Positions 1-8,733 of a DNA stretch of 56,678 nucleotides are shown in pieces (the first letter of the stretch is position 1; each line of letters opens with the position of its first letter). This stretch comes from a virus: positions 1 to 56,678 of the IMG/VR virus record IMGVR_UViG_3300005830_000062. One strand, written 5' to 3'. The position numbers were made by a program, and so were the translations under genes. The notes under the pieces are model-generated. The model was given only the letters and a program-made list of their open reading frames with translations, was not told the origin of the DNA and did no database searches.

Positions 1-113
1 CACTCATGGTCGGCCTCGCGGGGTAGCGCGCCAATCTCGTCGAGCGCCATCCGCAGACGGTCGAGGTTGACGGGCCAGCTATCGGTCCCGGCGTCGCTCA
101 CGATGTCCTGACA
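1..113. repeat. Terminal direct repeat, left copy. Indicates circular closure, or a short DTR.
   Basis: nt 1-113 (cactcatggtcggcc...gatgtcctgaca) are identical to nt 56566-56678. Confidence 0.95.
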
Positions 114-311
114 GACGTGGGTCAGGAGAGTTAGCTGGCCCGATAGGCGTTCTATCTCGGCCATCGCCTCGGCCTCGATAGCCATCGACTCTTCCTCGAT
201 GGCGCGGATGGTTGCCGCCAGGTCCATTACGTCGGAGCCGGTCATGGAGGAGCCTCGCTCGGCTGCTGCCGAAAGCAGCCGCTTGCCGAGTGTCGTCCTT
301 GGTTCATTCAT
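1..311 (-). CDS. Small hypothetical protein (102 aa, MNEPRTTLGKRLL...). The last base of its stop codon lies across the circular junction.
   Basis: My own translation of the minus strand. RBS AAGGAGG precedes the ATG at 311. An 8-nt ATGAATGA overlap joins it to the upstream gene. The N-terminus is paralogous to 56249..56572. Confidence 0.6.
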   Translation of the reverse strand, partial: MNEPRTTLGKRLLSAAAERGSSMTGSDVMDLAATIRAIEEESMAIEAEAMAEIERLSGQLTLLTHVCQDIVSDAGTDSWPVNLDRLRMALDEIGALPREADHE

Positions 312-624
312 GGTCGGCCTCCTTGATGGCGGCGGAATGCAGGATCGTCACGATGGCGTTGATGTCGTTGCAGTCGAGGCGACCACACCGGAGGCACGGG
401 TGGTCGTTATACGGCGGCTTGCCGCGCTGCTCGTCCTCGGCATGAAGGGTCCCACTTCTGTAGCCGTCCCTGTAGCCGCACCCATGCACGTCATAGCGCC
501 ACTGGTTGTGCTGGCACACGGTTCCTTGCTGGTGTCGGCAGCCAAGCCCGATCAGCCACTCCGCGAACCTGACGCGCCAGCCGTAGATCGCGGGGTCTGG
601 ATAGCGGTGCTCCTGGTCAGTCAT
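304..624 (-). CDS. Cys/His-rich small protein (106 aa, MTDQEHRY...).
   Basis: C-terminal part of track ORF 304..813. Start reassigned to the ATG at 624, which follows AAGGAGGGCCACCG and shares an ATGA overlap with the upstream stop. The longer N-terminal extension is Arg-rich wrong-looking sequence. Confidence 0.6.
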   Translation of the reverse strand: MTDQEHRYPDPAIYGWRVRFAEWLIGLGCRHQQGTVCQHNQWRYDVHGCGYRDGYRSGTLHAEDEQRGKPPYNDHPCLRCGRLDCNDINAIVTILHSAAIKEADHE

Positions 625-884
625 CGGTGGCCCTCCTTGATGGCGGTGGCGGCGTCCTCCAGGATGGCGGCGCGGGCGAACGCCAACGCGCACTCGTCGC
701 ATGGCGCGACGTGCGGACAATTCAGTACGGCGGCCGGCAGCCGGAGGACGCCCATCGCGGCGTCTTGCAGGAACAGGCGACACCACTCTCGACGGCCCTC
801 GGGCGTGTGCCACGGGCTGTCGAGACCCGCGATGAAAGTGTCGAGAGCGGCCTCGCTCCGAAGGTCGATGCGCGGATCAGTCAT
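621..884 (-). CDS. Small hypothetical protein (87 aa, MTDPRIDL...).
   Basis: Track ORF 621..992 trimmed to the ATG after GGAGGCCACCG. The junction motif is the same as at 624. Confidence 0.55.
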   Translation of the reverse strand: MTDPRIDLRSEAALDTFIAGLDSPWHTPEGRREWCRLFLQDAAMGVLRLPAAVLNCPHVAPCDECALAFARAAILEDAATAIKEGHR

Positions 885-1143
885 CGGTGGCCTCCAAGGC
901 GCGGAATACTGGGTAGTCGCCGTCATAGAGCGGTCGGCAATGGATCGCGTCGTCGGGCCATCGCCGTCCCGGTCGTCCGTTGTCCACGGCAACGCGCGCC
1001 GAGGGCGGGACGCGGTACAGGCTGATGAGTTGACTCTGCCCGATGTAGTGGCGGTCGCCGTCGGTGCGGCTAATGACGACCCCCGGATGCAGGACGTACA
1101 GCGGGTCAGTCATCGGTGGCCTTGGCATCTTCGGTTCACTCAT
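877..1143 (-). CDS. Small hypothetical protein (88 aa). An alternative start at 1113 gives MTDPLYV.
   Basis: Track ORF 877..1257 trimmed. The ATG at 1143 overlaps the stop of 1140..1682 (ATGA). The third copy of the GGCCACCGATGACTGA junction lies at 1106-1121. Confidence 0.5.
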   Translation of the reverse strand: MSEPKMPRPPMTDPLYVLHPGVVISRTDGDRHYIGQSQLISLYRVPPSARVAVDNGRPGRRWPDDAIHCRPLYDGDYPVFRALEATDD

Positions 1144-1682
1144 TGTGTTTCCATCGTCATCTCTTCGCGATTGGGGAAATCCTCGCGAATGTATTTCCAA
1201 AGTCTGCTTCTTACATGGTGTGCCCAAGCCGGTACTCCATCGAACTCCTTCTCGCAATAGCAGGTTACTCGCCCGGTATCCCTATCCTCGAGCATTGGAT
1301 AGTGCGAAGCCAGAAGCCACTTACTGCCAAGCTTGAGCTGACTGTCGGATAGATCTGGGGCCTCCGGCGAAGTCGAAAGCGGCAAAGGTTGCGGTTCCTC
1401 ATCGGCCATGACGGTGTTCAACTGGTCCCCACGGGGGAGGCCCATCGCCATCTGCCACATATAGACAGCATGGGCAGCGACGTGCCACAGGTTGTCTGGG
1501 CGCTTCTTCTCCCGGAGGAAGTAATGATGGAGCAGGTCCTCGACGACGAGCTCTACTGCCTCCGGCTTGTTCTGCAGCGGCGATAGCCCGCGCAGCTTGG
1601 TCATGAGAAGATCAATGCTCGGTCTAAATTTTGGATTGCTCGCATCCTCACTAAACGTAGGTTGGAATGCCGCCCGTCTCAC
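1140..1682 (-). CDS. Hypothetical early protein (180 aa).
   Basis: Track ORF. GTG start overlaps the stop of the upstream small ORF (GTGA). Composition shifts from about 66% GC to about 50% GC at its 3' end. Confidence 0.6.
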   Translation of the reverse strand: MRRAAFQPTFSEDASNPKFRPSIDLLMTKLRGLSPLQNKPEAVELVVEDLLHHYFLREKKRPDNLWHVAAHAVYMWQMAMGLPRGDQLNTVMADEEPQPLPLSTSPEAPDLSDSQLKLGSKWLLASHYPMLEDRDTGRVTCYCEKEFDGVPAWAHHVRSRLWKYIREDFPNREEMTMETQ

Positions 1683-1846
1683 GTGTTCCTAGTCCTCCTG
1701 AGATTCAGTGCCACCACAATGATGAAGATGGAAATGGCGAGGATCGCCGTCATGCCGCCCAGTTGAAGCTTCTCCTGCCAGTGCTCCCCGCCCACAGCTA
1801 CAAACAGGGAGAGTGCCCAGGATTCAAGATCATTCAGCGGCGCCAT
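1679..1846 (-). CDS. Small membrane protein (55 aa). Not in the ORF track.
   Basis: My own translation: MAPLNDLESWALSLFVAVGGEHWQEKLQLGGMTAILAISIFIIVVALNLRRTRNT. GAGG lies upstream. One C-terminal TM helix. It fills an otherwise empty gap. Confidence 0.45.
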   Translation of the reverse strand: MAPLNDLESWALSLFVAVGGEHWQEKLQLGGMTAILAISIFIIVVALNLRRTRNT

Positions 1847-2169
1847 CCCCACTTACCTCTGCGCTTTCTCCTCGACCGTTCGCGAAGCATCTGTTTGACG
1901 ATGGGGTAGTGGCGGATGGCGAAATGGACTTCGCTGTCAGTTCCCTCGAAGGCCAGATTGTCCAGTCGTGCCGCTTCTAGGGATCGTGCAGACCAGCGGA
2001 TGGATCTGGATTGCCGAGCTGCATTGGCCTCGCTAAGGATAAGTTTACGGCCATTGCGGAATGCAAATAGGAGGACATTCTCAAGATGCGTATCTGTCAT
2101 CTCTCTAGCCCGAAGGGCTCTGCCGTCCTCCGTGAACCAACGCGGTTCTGGCTCTGGGACGAAGTTCAT
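1834..2169 (-). CDS. Hypothetical protein (111 aa).
   Basis: Track ORF, abutting the neighbouring genes. Confidence 0.55.
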   Translation of the reverse strand: MNFVPEPEPRWFTEDGRALRAREMTDTHLENVLLFAFRNGRKLILSEANAARQSRSIRWSARSLEAARLDNLAFEGTDSEVHFAIRHYPIVKQMLRERSRRKRRGKWGWRR

Positions 2170-2423
2170 TACTCCTCCAGGGCCTCGTCAAACTCTTTCT
2201 TCAACCGACGTACCGCTCGCTGTGCCCGGTCGGCTTTATCGATCGCCTCGTCCACGTTCTGAGTGAGGCGGTCGTCGACCTCCCCAAGCTTGAGGAAGGC
2301 GTCGTCGATCAGACCCTCTAGGAATTTGAGCTTTCTAATGACCTTCCGGCGGAAGTCATCCCATTCCTCACGACTGATACCGTTCTCGGCACCAATCTCG
2401 TAGGATACTTTGGCTTCGCTCAT
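2169..2423 (-). CDS. Hypothetical coiled-coil protein (84 aa).
   Basis: Track ORF. 4-nt overlap with the upstream gene. Confidence 0.6.
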   Translation of the reverse strand: MSEAKVSYEIGAENGISREEWDDFRRKVIRKLKFLEGLIDDAFLKLGEVDDRLTQNVDEAIDKADRAQRAVRRLKKEFDEALEE

Positions 2424-2746
2424 TTCTTCCTCTTCTTATCCTTCTTCCTACGCAATTCATAGCCCTGCGTATCGAGATGGTCGAGGAATGCGCCGGCCCA
2501 AATCAGATCATGTACCTGAATATCGCGGTCGTTGTCATTACTCAATTCCGTGATGGCCAGCACTGTGGCAACGACCTTGTGGTCATCATATCCTAGATGT
2601 CCAGCGAGCCCGTCCTCCACTGTCTTGTCTTCTTCTTGACGGCAATCCTCGAGGAGCTCGAGTACGTCCGCTTGACGTTCCATCATGGTTCGGAGCAAAT
2701 CCTTCACCCTCCTGTATCTAGGTAGGACGGTCTTGTCCCTGTCCAT
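2420..2746 (-). CDS. Hypothetical protein (108 aa). Start uncertain.
   Basis: Track ORF. The ATG at 2746 lies only 1-2 nt from the -10 hexamer and has no SD, so an internal start (M21/M22) is possible. Confidence 0.5.
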   Translation of the reverse strand: MDRDKTVLPRYRRVKDLLRTMMERQADVLELLEDCRQEEDKTVEDGLAGHLGYDDHKVVATVLAITELSNDNDRDIQVHDLIWAGAFLDHLDTQGYELRRKKDKKRKK

Positions 2747-2747
2747 T

Positions 2748-2777
2748 ATTATATAATACAGGAGCGGGGTTTGTCAA
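2748..2777 (-). promoter_or_regulatory. Sigma70-type promoter, TTGACA-N18-TATAAT.
   Basis: Minus strand: TTGACAaaccccgctcctgtattaTATAAT. The -35-proximal AAACC is shared with the other family members. Confidence 0.55.
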
Positions 2778-2782
2778 ACGAA

Positions 2783-4717
2783 CTACTCCTGAGGAGGAGG
2801 CTCCTGCTCAGGCAGCCAGTACACGGTGGGTTTATTTCTACCGCCTCCTTTCCTTGCCATTAGGATCTTGGCCCGGACAAGACGACCGGCTATCTCAACG
2901 AAGTCAGGACGGCGATATCCAGAAGCGGCAACGAGCTCAGGAGTGGTAGAGGGGCCGGCTCCAGCGATCAGATCGAGGATCAATTGCTCCTTGGTGCCTA
3001 CCTTGGTGTTCTCCTCGAACTCGACCTCATAGGTGTAGTTCTTTATCGTGTCGATATTGAACTTGAGCTTGAGGGCTCTGCCGGAAGGTGCCGCCTTGAA
3101 CTCCCTCTCAACGATGACCCGATCGATTCTTTCCTGGTCTTCCTCTATCACGGGCATTACATGCAGGGCACTTTCTAGCCACGCGTGGAAAGCGAAGCTC
3201 CCGTACATGTGTTGAGCGAATCTTTCTCCATCCTCGCTCTTGCCCTTGTTCCAATGGTGGACGATAGATACGGAGCATCCGAATTCCTCCCGCCACATCT
3301 TGACGGATTGAAGAACGGCACTGACTTCGTTCGCCTTATACTCATCGATCCCCTGTCCTAGCATGACAATCAGGGGATCGAGGATAACCATGACCGGGTT
3401 GATTTCTGCGATTAGCTTGCGAACCTGGGCTACTTTCTCTGGTGCGCCTAGGCTGAAGCTTTGTAGGTTGATAATGTGAAGAGGATAATCGGGATACTCA
3501 ATCTTCAGAAAATCTGATCTCTCTTCTGTAACTTTTGGAAGCATCCCTTTTGCTTTTGCGATCAGCCTGAGTCGTTCCTGTAGTACCGCTGCCGGATCCT
3601 CTTCCTGGACCAGAAGTACTGGACCGGGATTCCTAACGGGATACCGACCGAGGAAGGGAGCTCCAGATACGAGAGATAGGGCCAGATCTAACGCGATCCA
3701 AGTCTTGTAGGACTTAGATCGTCCCGATATAAATCCGACCGAAGAGTCTACCCAAGCCTCATCTATCAGCCACCTCAGATGAGTTGGGATCTGCATGAAG
3801 GCTCCCCATTCCTGGACCTTCATGTCCTCGATTTCTTCCAGCTGGGGGACTTCACGGGGTTTCTTTGCCCGTTCAGCGACGGCGGCAACAGCTGAAGAAA
3901 CCTGTTTCAGGAGCTGAGAGTGTTCGTCCCTTCGTCCAGCGAACTTATTCCAAGTACTTCGTTGGATGATATGAAGGACAATCTCGGGGCTTACGCCGAA
4001 GCGCACCAGGTCCCGCGTCAGCTTCTGTAGCTCGAGGCTTCTATCTCCATTTGGTTCTTGGAAAAGCCGTTTTCTAAAACCGACAGGTAACGCCGTGATC
4101 GCCATTTGGATCACCGGCTCGTCAATCTCAGTCCATTCCGAGCCATTCAACTCGGCTGGAGTTTCTCCGTTAACTGGAGGATAAGCGCCTTTTACTTCTT
4201 CGACAGAATAAGCGCGAGTTCTAGCCCATAGAAGCTTGACTTCCGGCGCTGACTCGTATTTGAAGTTATGCGTACCGGGAATGCGAAGAACCTGGGTGAG
4301 GTCCCATCCTCCTTTATCTCCACCATCCGCATAAGCAATTCTCTTTGATAAGGCTGCAGCGTCGTTAGGGTCGACTTCAGTAGTAAGGAACCAGAGTGCG
4401 TGATATCGTCCCGGCGAGCTTTCCCAGGCAACAGATGGTTTGAGCCGACACGAGTTCGGGTCGACGGGATCCAAGTCAGCCCACAGGACGTTCGTCGGGA
4501 GTGCATTCTCCTTCTTTCTATGAGGCTGTGAGAATACTACTGGACAGAAATACTGGTCTGCTCGCCCTTGCGGTTCTGGCAGTTGTGGCAGGGAACCCGT
4601 GTAAGGAATTCCAGGACGTTCATGCCACTTGTCCGGCTGTTCTTTGTACGGCAGAAAGACATAGCCATTCCTGTCACCCCAAACCGCGGCGAGCAGACGC
4701 TCAACGCGTCCCTCCAC
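2783..4717 (-). CDS. Bifunctional primase-polymerase / RepA-like (RecA-fold) helicase with a C-terminal wHTH.
   Basis: Prim-pol motifs LWADLD, SSPGRYHALW, RIPGTHNFK. P-loop GFISGRSKSYKTW. Walker B VMVILDPL. Confidence 0.8.
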   Translation of the reverse strand: MEGRVERLLAAVWGDRNGYVFLPYKEQPDKWHERPGIPYTGSLPQLPEPQGRADQYFCPVVFSQPHRKKENALPTNVLWADLDPVDPNSCRLKPSVAWESSPGRYHALWFLTTEVDPNDAAALSKRIAYADGGDKGGWDLTQVLRIPGTHNFKYESAPEVKLLWARTRAYSVEEVKGAYPPVNGETPAELNGSEWTEIDEPVIQMAITALPVGFRKRLFQEPNGDRSLELQKLTRDLVRFGVSPEIVLHIIQRSTWNKFAGRRDEHSQLLKQVSSAVAAVAERAKKPREVPQLEEIEDMKVQEWGAFMQIPTHLRWLIDEAWVDSSVGFISGRSKSYKTWIALDLALSLVSGAPFLGRYPVRNPGPVLLVQEEDPAAVLQERLRLIAKAKGMLPKVTEERSDFLKIEYPDYPLHIINLQSFSLGAPEKVAQVRKLIAEINPVMVILDPLIVMLGQGIDEYKANEVSAVLQSVKMWREEFGCSVSIVHHWNKGKSEDGERFAQHMYGSFAFHAWLESALHVMPVIEEDQERIDRVIVEREFKAAPSGRALKLKFNIDTIKNYTYEVEFEENTKVGTKEQLILDLIAGAGPSTTPELVAASGYRRPDFVEIAGRLVRAKILMARKGGGRNKPTVYWLPEQEPPPQE

Positions 4718-4729
4718 CTCGGATCAGGT

Positions 4730-4945
4730 CTAAGAAGACGCGGCGGCTGGTTGTTCACCATGCCGGGCTAAGCGCCGCTGATACCAATCACTCTGCTTAG
4801 CCTCCTCTACCGCATCGTCGGTAATTACCCAGTTCCAGTCTAACTTTCGAGCTCGGATATCGTTTCGTCGGATCCGTCGGATAACCTCCTGGTGCGGTAA
4901 TCCGAGCATCTCCCCGACCATCCTGGCCGAATAGATCTTAGCCAT
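4730..4945 (-). CDS. Excisionase/MerR-like HTH DNA-binding protein (71 aa).
   Basis: ARMVGEMLGLPHQEVIRRIRRNDIRARKL helix-turn-helix pattern. RBS GAGGAG. First gene after the minus-arm promoter. Confidence 0.55.
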   Translation of the reverse strand: MAKIYSARMVGEMLGLPHQEVIRRIRRNDIRARKLDWNWVITDDAVEEAKQSDWYQRRLARHGEQPAAASS

Positions 4946-5000
4946 CTAACTCCTCGTACGCGTGGTCAATATTCCGCGCAATGGTCGCGGTCCATTCTGT

Positions 5001-5029
5001 ATTATATTATTCCAAGATGCCCTTGTCAA
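5001..5029 (-). promoter_or_regulatory. Sigma70-type promoter, TTGACA-N17-TATAAT (start of the minus arm).
   Basis: Minus strand: TTGACAagggcatcttggaataaTATAAT, in the divergent intergenic region. Confidence 0.65.
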
Positions 5030-5048
5030 TAGGGCAAAATCTACCACC

Positions 5049-5077
5049 TTGACAGGAGATCCGTGATGTCTTAATAT
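5049..5077 (+). promoter_or_regulatory. Sigma70-type promoter, TTGACA-N17-TAATAT (start of the plus arm).
   Basis: TTGACAggagatccgtgatgtctTAATAT, about 70 nt upstream of the first plus-strand gene. Confidence 0.65.
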
Positions 5078-5150
5078 ATTACTGCGGCCGACCGGGACCG
5101 AGTGACTCCCCCCTCTCTTCTGTCCCTCGGCCGCACAGGTAGGGGTGAAG

Positions 5151-5579
5151 ATGACCAACGGTTGGAACGTAGTTTGGTTCGAGCACGGGAAGAAGTACGT
5201 TCGCCACTTCGACGGCGAGCGACCCCGTGAAAGTGGGGCCATCGACTTTGGGAAGGAACTGCAAGGTCGTGGCCTCACAGATGTGCATATCGTGTCCAGA
5301 AGGAAAGCCTTCGCCCCGCCCATCAAACAAAGGCTAGGACCCCCCGGCCACCTGTGGTGCCCATTCTGTCTGAAATGGAGAGAGTTTGTAGAAAGGGCTG
5401 TCCGCTTTCCAGATGGTGTGGTCAGTCCATTAGAATGGCGATGCCCCATCTGTACTATTAGTATCAATGAATATTGGATCAGGAGATATAACCCATCGAT
5501 GGTGGAACGACTTTCCCACAGAGCTAGGGTGAAGGTACCTAGTGAGAAGCAGATACGAAAGGTTACGAGGCGGCGATGA
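5151..5579 (+). CDS. Zn-ribbon protein (142 aa).
   Basis: Track ORF 5145..5579, with ATG at 5151 preferred. Contains CPFC...CPIC. Confidence 0.6.
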   Translation: MTNGWNVVWFEHGKKYVRHFDGERPRESGAIDFGKELQGRGLTDVHIVSRRKAFAPPIKQRLGPPGHLWCPFCLKWREFVERAVRFPDGVVSPLEWRCPICTISINEYWIRRYNPSMVERLSHRARVKVPSEKQIRKVTRRR

Positions 5580-5797
5580 CTGACGAGAAAAGGTTCTGCG
5601 CCCTCTGTGATCAGTCGGTGAGACTGGTCAACAAGTCAGATAAGATTTGGGGTAAGGGAGAGAATGCGGGGGTATTCATCCATGTCAAATCATCGGAACA
5701 CGGGGTACCCGGCTGCGGTCGGCAGTTCCTGAGGGAACATCAGACATACACTGAGGGCGACAGTGATCTCAATCCCCCAAGTGAAACCCAGTACTAA
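5576..5797 (+). CDS. Small Cys-containing protein (73 aa).
   Basis: Track ORF. ATGA overlap with the upstream gene. CALC motif. Confidence 0.5.
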   Translation: MTDEKRFCALCDQSVRLVNKSDKIWGKGENAGVFIHVKSSEHGVPGCGRQFLREHQTYTEGDSDLNPPSETQY

Positions 5798-7229
5798 ACT
5801 GAAGTACACTTATAAGACTGAACCCTTCTCCCATCAAAAGAAGGCTCTTAAGAAGCTTTTCGAACTGGATGGGATCGGGGCTCTTCTTATGGAGATGGGT
5901 ACCGGAAAGACGAAGGTTGCGATTGATTGGGCGGGAATCGGCTTCTACAATTGGGGATTACGAAAAGTTCTTGTCGTCGCTCCTCTCTCGGTGCTCGGCG
6001 TGTGGCCGAGGCAGATCCGCCAACATTCGGGTGCTCCCGCACGGATCATACGGCTCGACGGTTCGAGTAGTAATCGAATACGGATGCTACAACGTATTCT
6101 GTTGGCGGAGGCATCTGGACCGAACGACGCTATCCGCTACCTTATCATTAACTACGAAGGAATATGGCGTGAAGACAATAACGGAGTTTCTATTGAAGAA
6201 CTCCTTAAGCGATGGCGACCGGATCTTGTTATCTTCGACGAGTCGCATAGGCTAAAGAGCCCGACTTCTAGGCAGAGTAAGTCGGCTTATCGAATCTCGA
6301 AGGAATCTAAACAGAGGTTGCTTCTTACCGGGACTCCAATCACAAAAGCCCCCCTGGATATCTTCGGTCAATTTAAATCGATGGATGATAGAATCTTCGG
6401 GACTAATTGGTTCTACTTCAAGAACCTCTATGGTGTGTGGGGCGGCTTTGGTCGGTATCAACTGAAGGGCTACCGCAACCTGAAAGAGCTGACGGCTAAG
6501 GTAAGAGCACACTCTTTCCGCATCAAGAAGGAACAGTGTCTAGATCTACCCCCTAAACTGTTCGAAACTGTCCCCGTGACACTTCCAGACAGTATTATGA
6601 AACTCTATAAGCAGATGGCAGAAGAGATGATCATCGAGATCGAGGAGACTCACGCCACAGCTGCCATCGTTTTGGTGAAGCTTCTCCGACTTTCTCAGAT
6701 TACTAACGGCTTCGTCAAGGATGTAGACGGAAATATCCGTATTTTGGATAGTTCCAAGTTGAATACCTGCCTAGATCTACTGGACGATCTTCTAGAAGAG
6801 GATCATAAGGTAGTTATTTTCGCAAGATTCAAATCAGATATGGAGAGAATCTCAGATCAACTAGATAAGCGTAAGGTAGATTACGTAATACTGTCCGGAA
6901 GTGTCCCCGGTAACAAACGGGACAGTTTAGTGGAGAGATTCCATCGTGATCCGAAGTTACGAGTATTCATCGCACAAATACAAGCGGGTTCGCTTGGCAT
7001 CGATCTCACTCCAGCCAGTGCCGCTATCTTTTACAGTTTGGACTACAATGCTGCGAACTACTGGCAAGCCCAGGATCGACTACACCGTCATGGTCAGAAT
7101 CGGAAAGTTACGTACTATCATCTCATCGCTCCCCGCACCATTGATCAGGTGGTTCTTTCCGTTTTGAAGGCTAAAGGGAACTTGGCTGAGGCTATTATCC
7201 ACAATCCGAGAAGGCTACTTGAAATCTGA
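5763..7229 (+). CDS. SNF2-family (SF2) DNA helicase/translocase.
   Basis: Motifs MEMGTGKT (I), FDESHRLK (II), LLLTGTPI (III), QAQDRLHRHGQ (VI). Confidence 0.85.
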   Translation: MISIPQVKPSTKLKYTYKTEPFSHQKKALKKLFELDGIGALLMEMGTGKTKVAIDWAGIGFYNWGLRKVLVVAPLSVLGVWPRQIRQHSGAPARIIRLDGSSSNRIRMLQRILLAEASGPNDAIRYLIINYEGIWREDNNGVSIEELLKRWRPDLVIFDESHRLKSPTSRQSKSAYRISKESKQRLLLTGTPITKAPLDIFGQFKSMDDRIFGTNWFYFKNLYGVWGGFGRYQLKGYRNLKELTAKVRAHSFRIKKEQCLDLPPKLFETVPVTLPDSIMKLYKQMAEEMIIEIEETHATAAIVLVKLLRLSQITNGFVKDVDGNIRILDSSKLNTCLDLLDDLLEEDHKVVIFARFKSDMERISDQLDKRKVDYVILSGSVPGNKRDSLVERFHRDPKLRVFIAQIQAGSLGIDLTPASAAIFYSLDYNAANYWQAQDRLHRHGQNRKVTYYHLIAPRTIDQVVLSVLKAKGNLAEAIIHNPRRLLEI

Positions 7230-7232
7230 CCC

Positions 7233-7261
7233 TTTACAAGGAAAACTATATGTCATATAAT
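7233..7261 (+). promoter_or_regulatory. Sigma70-type promoter, TTTACA-N17-TATAAT.
   Basis: Lies in the 50-nt gap between the SNF2 stop and the kinase gene. Confidence 0.55.
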
Positions 7262-7279
7262 ATGTAGGTAGGAGGGAAA

Positions 7280-7816
7280 ATGGCTAGGCAGAAGAAGAGG
7301 ATCATCGTCGAAGGGGTCGATGGCTCTGGTAAGACCACCCTCGTAGATGCTTTGATAGACCGGATAGGCAATATGAAGTTGGTCAGGAATGTTCATGGGC
7401 CTGACCAAGATTTCGATACCTGGTGGAAACAAATTCTCCTGGCACCACCAGACGGGCAGACTCCTATCCATGACAGGTTTTTCTATTCTGAGCTGGTATA
7501 CGGACCAGTAATCCGGGGAACGATAAATGCTGATCTTAATCTAGTACTTGATATCCAGAAGTTGCTGGCTAATGAGGCTCTTCTAATCTACGCCCGTCCA
7601 GATATTCGAAGGCTGGAGTTAGGCGCGAAAGTCAATGAACAGATGGAAGGAGTACACGAGAGATTCATTCAACTTCTCGAGCTGTATGACCAGACGATGG
7701 CTATCGAAGCTGTTCACTTCGGAAACAGATTCGTGCAATATGTCTGGTATCGGGATAATGAGCTCGAGAGAGTGGAGGGAATCGTAAGGAGATACATAGC
7801 TGGTGGCCTATCATGA
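7280..7816 (+). CDS. Thymidylate-kinase-like dNMP kinase.
   Basis: P-loop IIVEGVDGSGKTTL and a DRFFYSELVYG segment, as in the Tmk family. Confidence 0.7.
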   Translation: MARQKKRIIVEGVDGSGKTTLVDALIDRIGNMKLVRNVHGPDQDFDTWWKQILLAPPDGQTPIHDRFFYSELVYGPVIRGTINADLNLVLDIQKLLANEALLIYARPDIRRLELGAKVNEQMEGVHERFIQLLELYDQTMAIEAVHFGNRFVQYVWYRDNELERVEGIVRRYIAGGLS

Positions 7817-8282
7817 GTTACTTCGATTCATTGGTACACTTATATCTACAATTGCTCTGCTCTTGGGGTTCCAATACTCACCAAACACAACCATTTACGA
7901 CTTCCATACACCAACTGGCACTAAACCAAGCCATTCGTTTGCACCGGTACGTGTGCCCAACCCAACACCACAAGTTCATTCTAGGGCTATAGCATCATGG
8001 CACAGGGATTCACGAGTAAGTTGGTATGGGCCAGGGTTCTATGGTAAACGAACCGCCTGCGGCAAAACTCTCACCAAAACAATCCTCGGGGTCGCGCATA
8101 GGACGCTACCGTGTGGAACTCTCGTTACTTTCAGGTGGAAAGGAGTCCAAGTCACGGTTCCTGTTATCGATCGAGGTCCCTTCACTAAAGGTAGGACTTG
8201 GGATCTGTCAGGCGGTCTCTGTGTATATCTTTCGCATTGCTTCACAGGGCCAATCGAATGGAGATTGAATGAACATAACTGA
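7803..8282 (+). CDS. Membrane-anchored RlpA-like double-psi beta-barrel (lytic transglycosylase-like) protein.
   Basis: N-terminal TM (LISTIALLLGF). Then SWYGPGFYGKRTACGKTL...GVAHRTLPCGTLV...VPVIDRGPF, typical of the RlpA/DPBB family. Confidence 0.65.
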   Translation: MAYHELLRFIGTLISTIALLLGFQYSPNTTIYDFHTPTGTKPSHSFAPVRVPNPTPQVHSRAIASWHRDSRVSWYGPGFYGKRTACGKTLTKTILGVAHRTLPCGTLVTFRWKGVQVTVPVIDRGPFTKGRTWDLSGGLCVYLSHCFTGPIEWRLNEHN

Positions 8283-8733
8283 CATCAAGGCTGAGGCCCC
8301 CGAACTCTTCAAGGCGGACGGTGTTCGAGTAAGAGATATGCTCGAACTGATGTTTGAACGACAGTATCAACTAGAACTCAAATACGAGCAGATTGAGTTA
8401 GATAACGGGTTCTTCGTCCCAGATAATCTTAGAAGTCTTACCCCATTAGATCTGAACAACGCGAAAAATCAAGACTTCCTCAAAAACGCAGCTTACCGAA
8501 TGATTGAGGAACTCTCCGAGGCGACTAACACACTGAAGAACAAGCCTTGGAAAGTAACCCAGATTATCACCGACGAAGTACATTTCATCGAGGAAATGGC
8601 GGACGCCACCCATTTCTTCATCAGAATGTGGCTTTACATCTTCGGCAATCCTACTGATGCCGCAGAAGCTATGTATCGTACCTATTTCAAGAAATCTGAA
8701 GTTAACAAGTTCCGTCAGGAGTCGAATTACTAA
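8269..8733 (+). CDS. MazG-like all-alpha NTP pyrophosphohydrolase.
   Basis: IEELSEATN and FIEEMADATHF acidic metal-binding motifs. Confidence 0.6.
   Translation: MNITDIKAEAPELFKADGVRVRDMLELMFERQYQLELKYEQIELDNGFFVPDNLRSLTPLDLNNAKNQDFLKNAAYRMIEELSEATNTLKNKPWKVTQIITDEVHFIEEMADATHFFIRMWLYIFGNPTDAAEAMYRTYFKKSEVNKFRQESNY

Noticed and set aside
199-1260. 353-aa plus-strand ORF, the longest ORF in the first kilobase.
   Set aside because: It lies antisense to four minus-strand genes that have RBS-ATG junctions and are translationally coupled. Long antisense ORFs are expected in about 66% GC DNA. Its translation is Ala/Arg/Ser-rich low-complexity sequence.
4946-5467. 173-aa minus-strand ORF.
   Set aside because: It overlaps the divergent promoter region and lies antisense to the first plus-strand gene. 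Its start would sit upstream of the minus-arm promoter.
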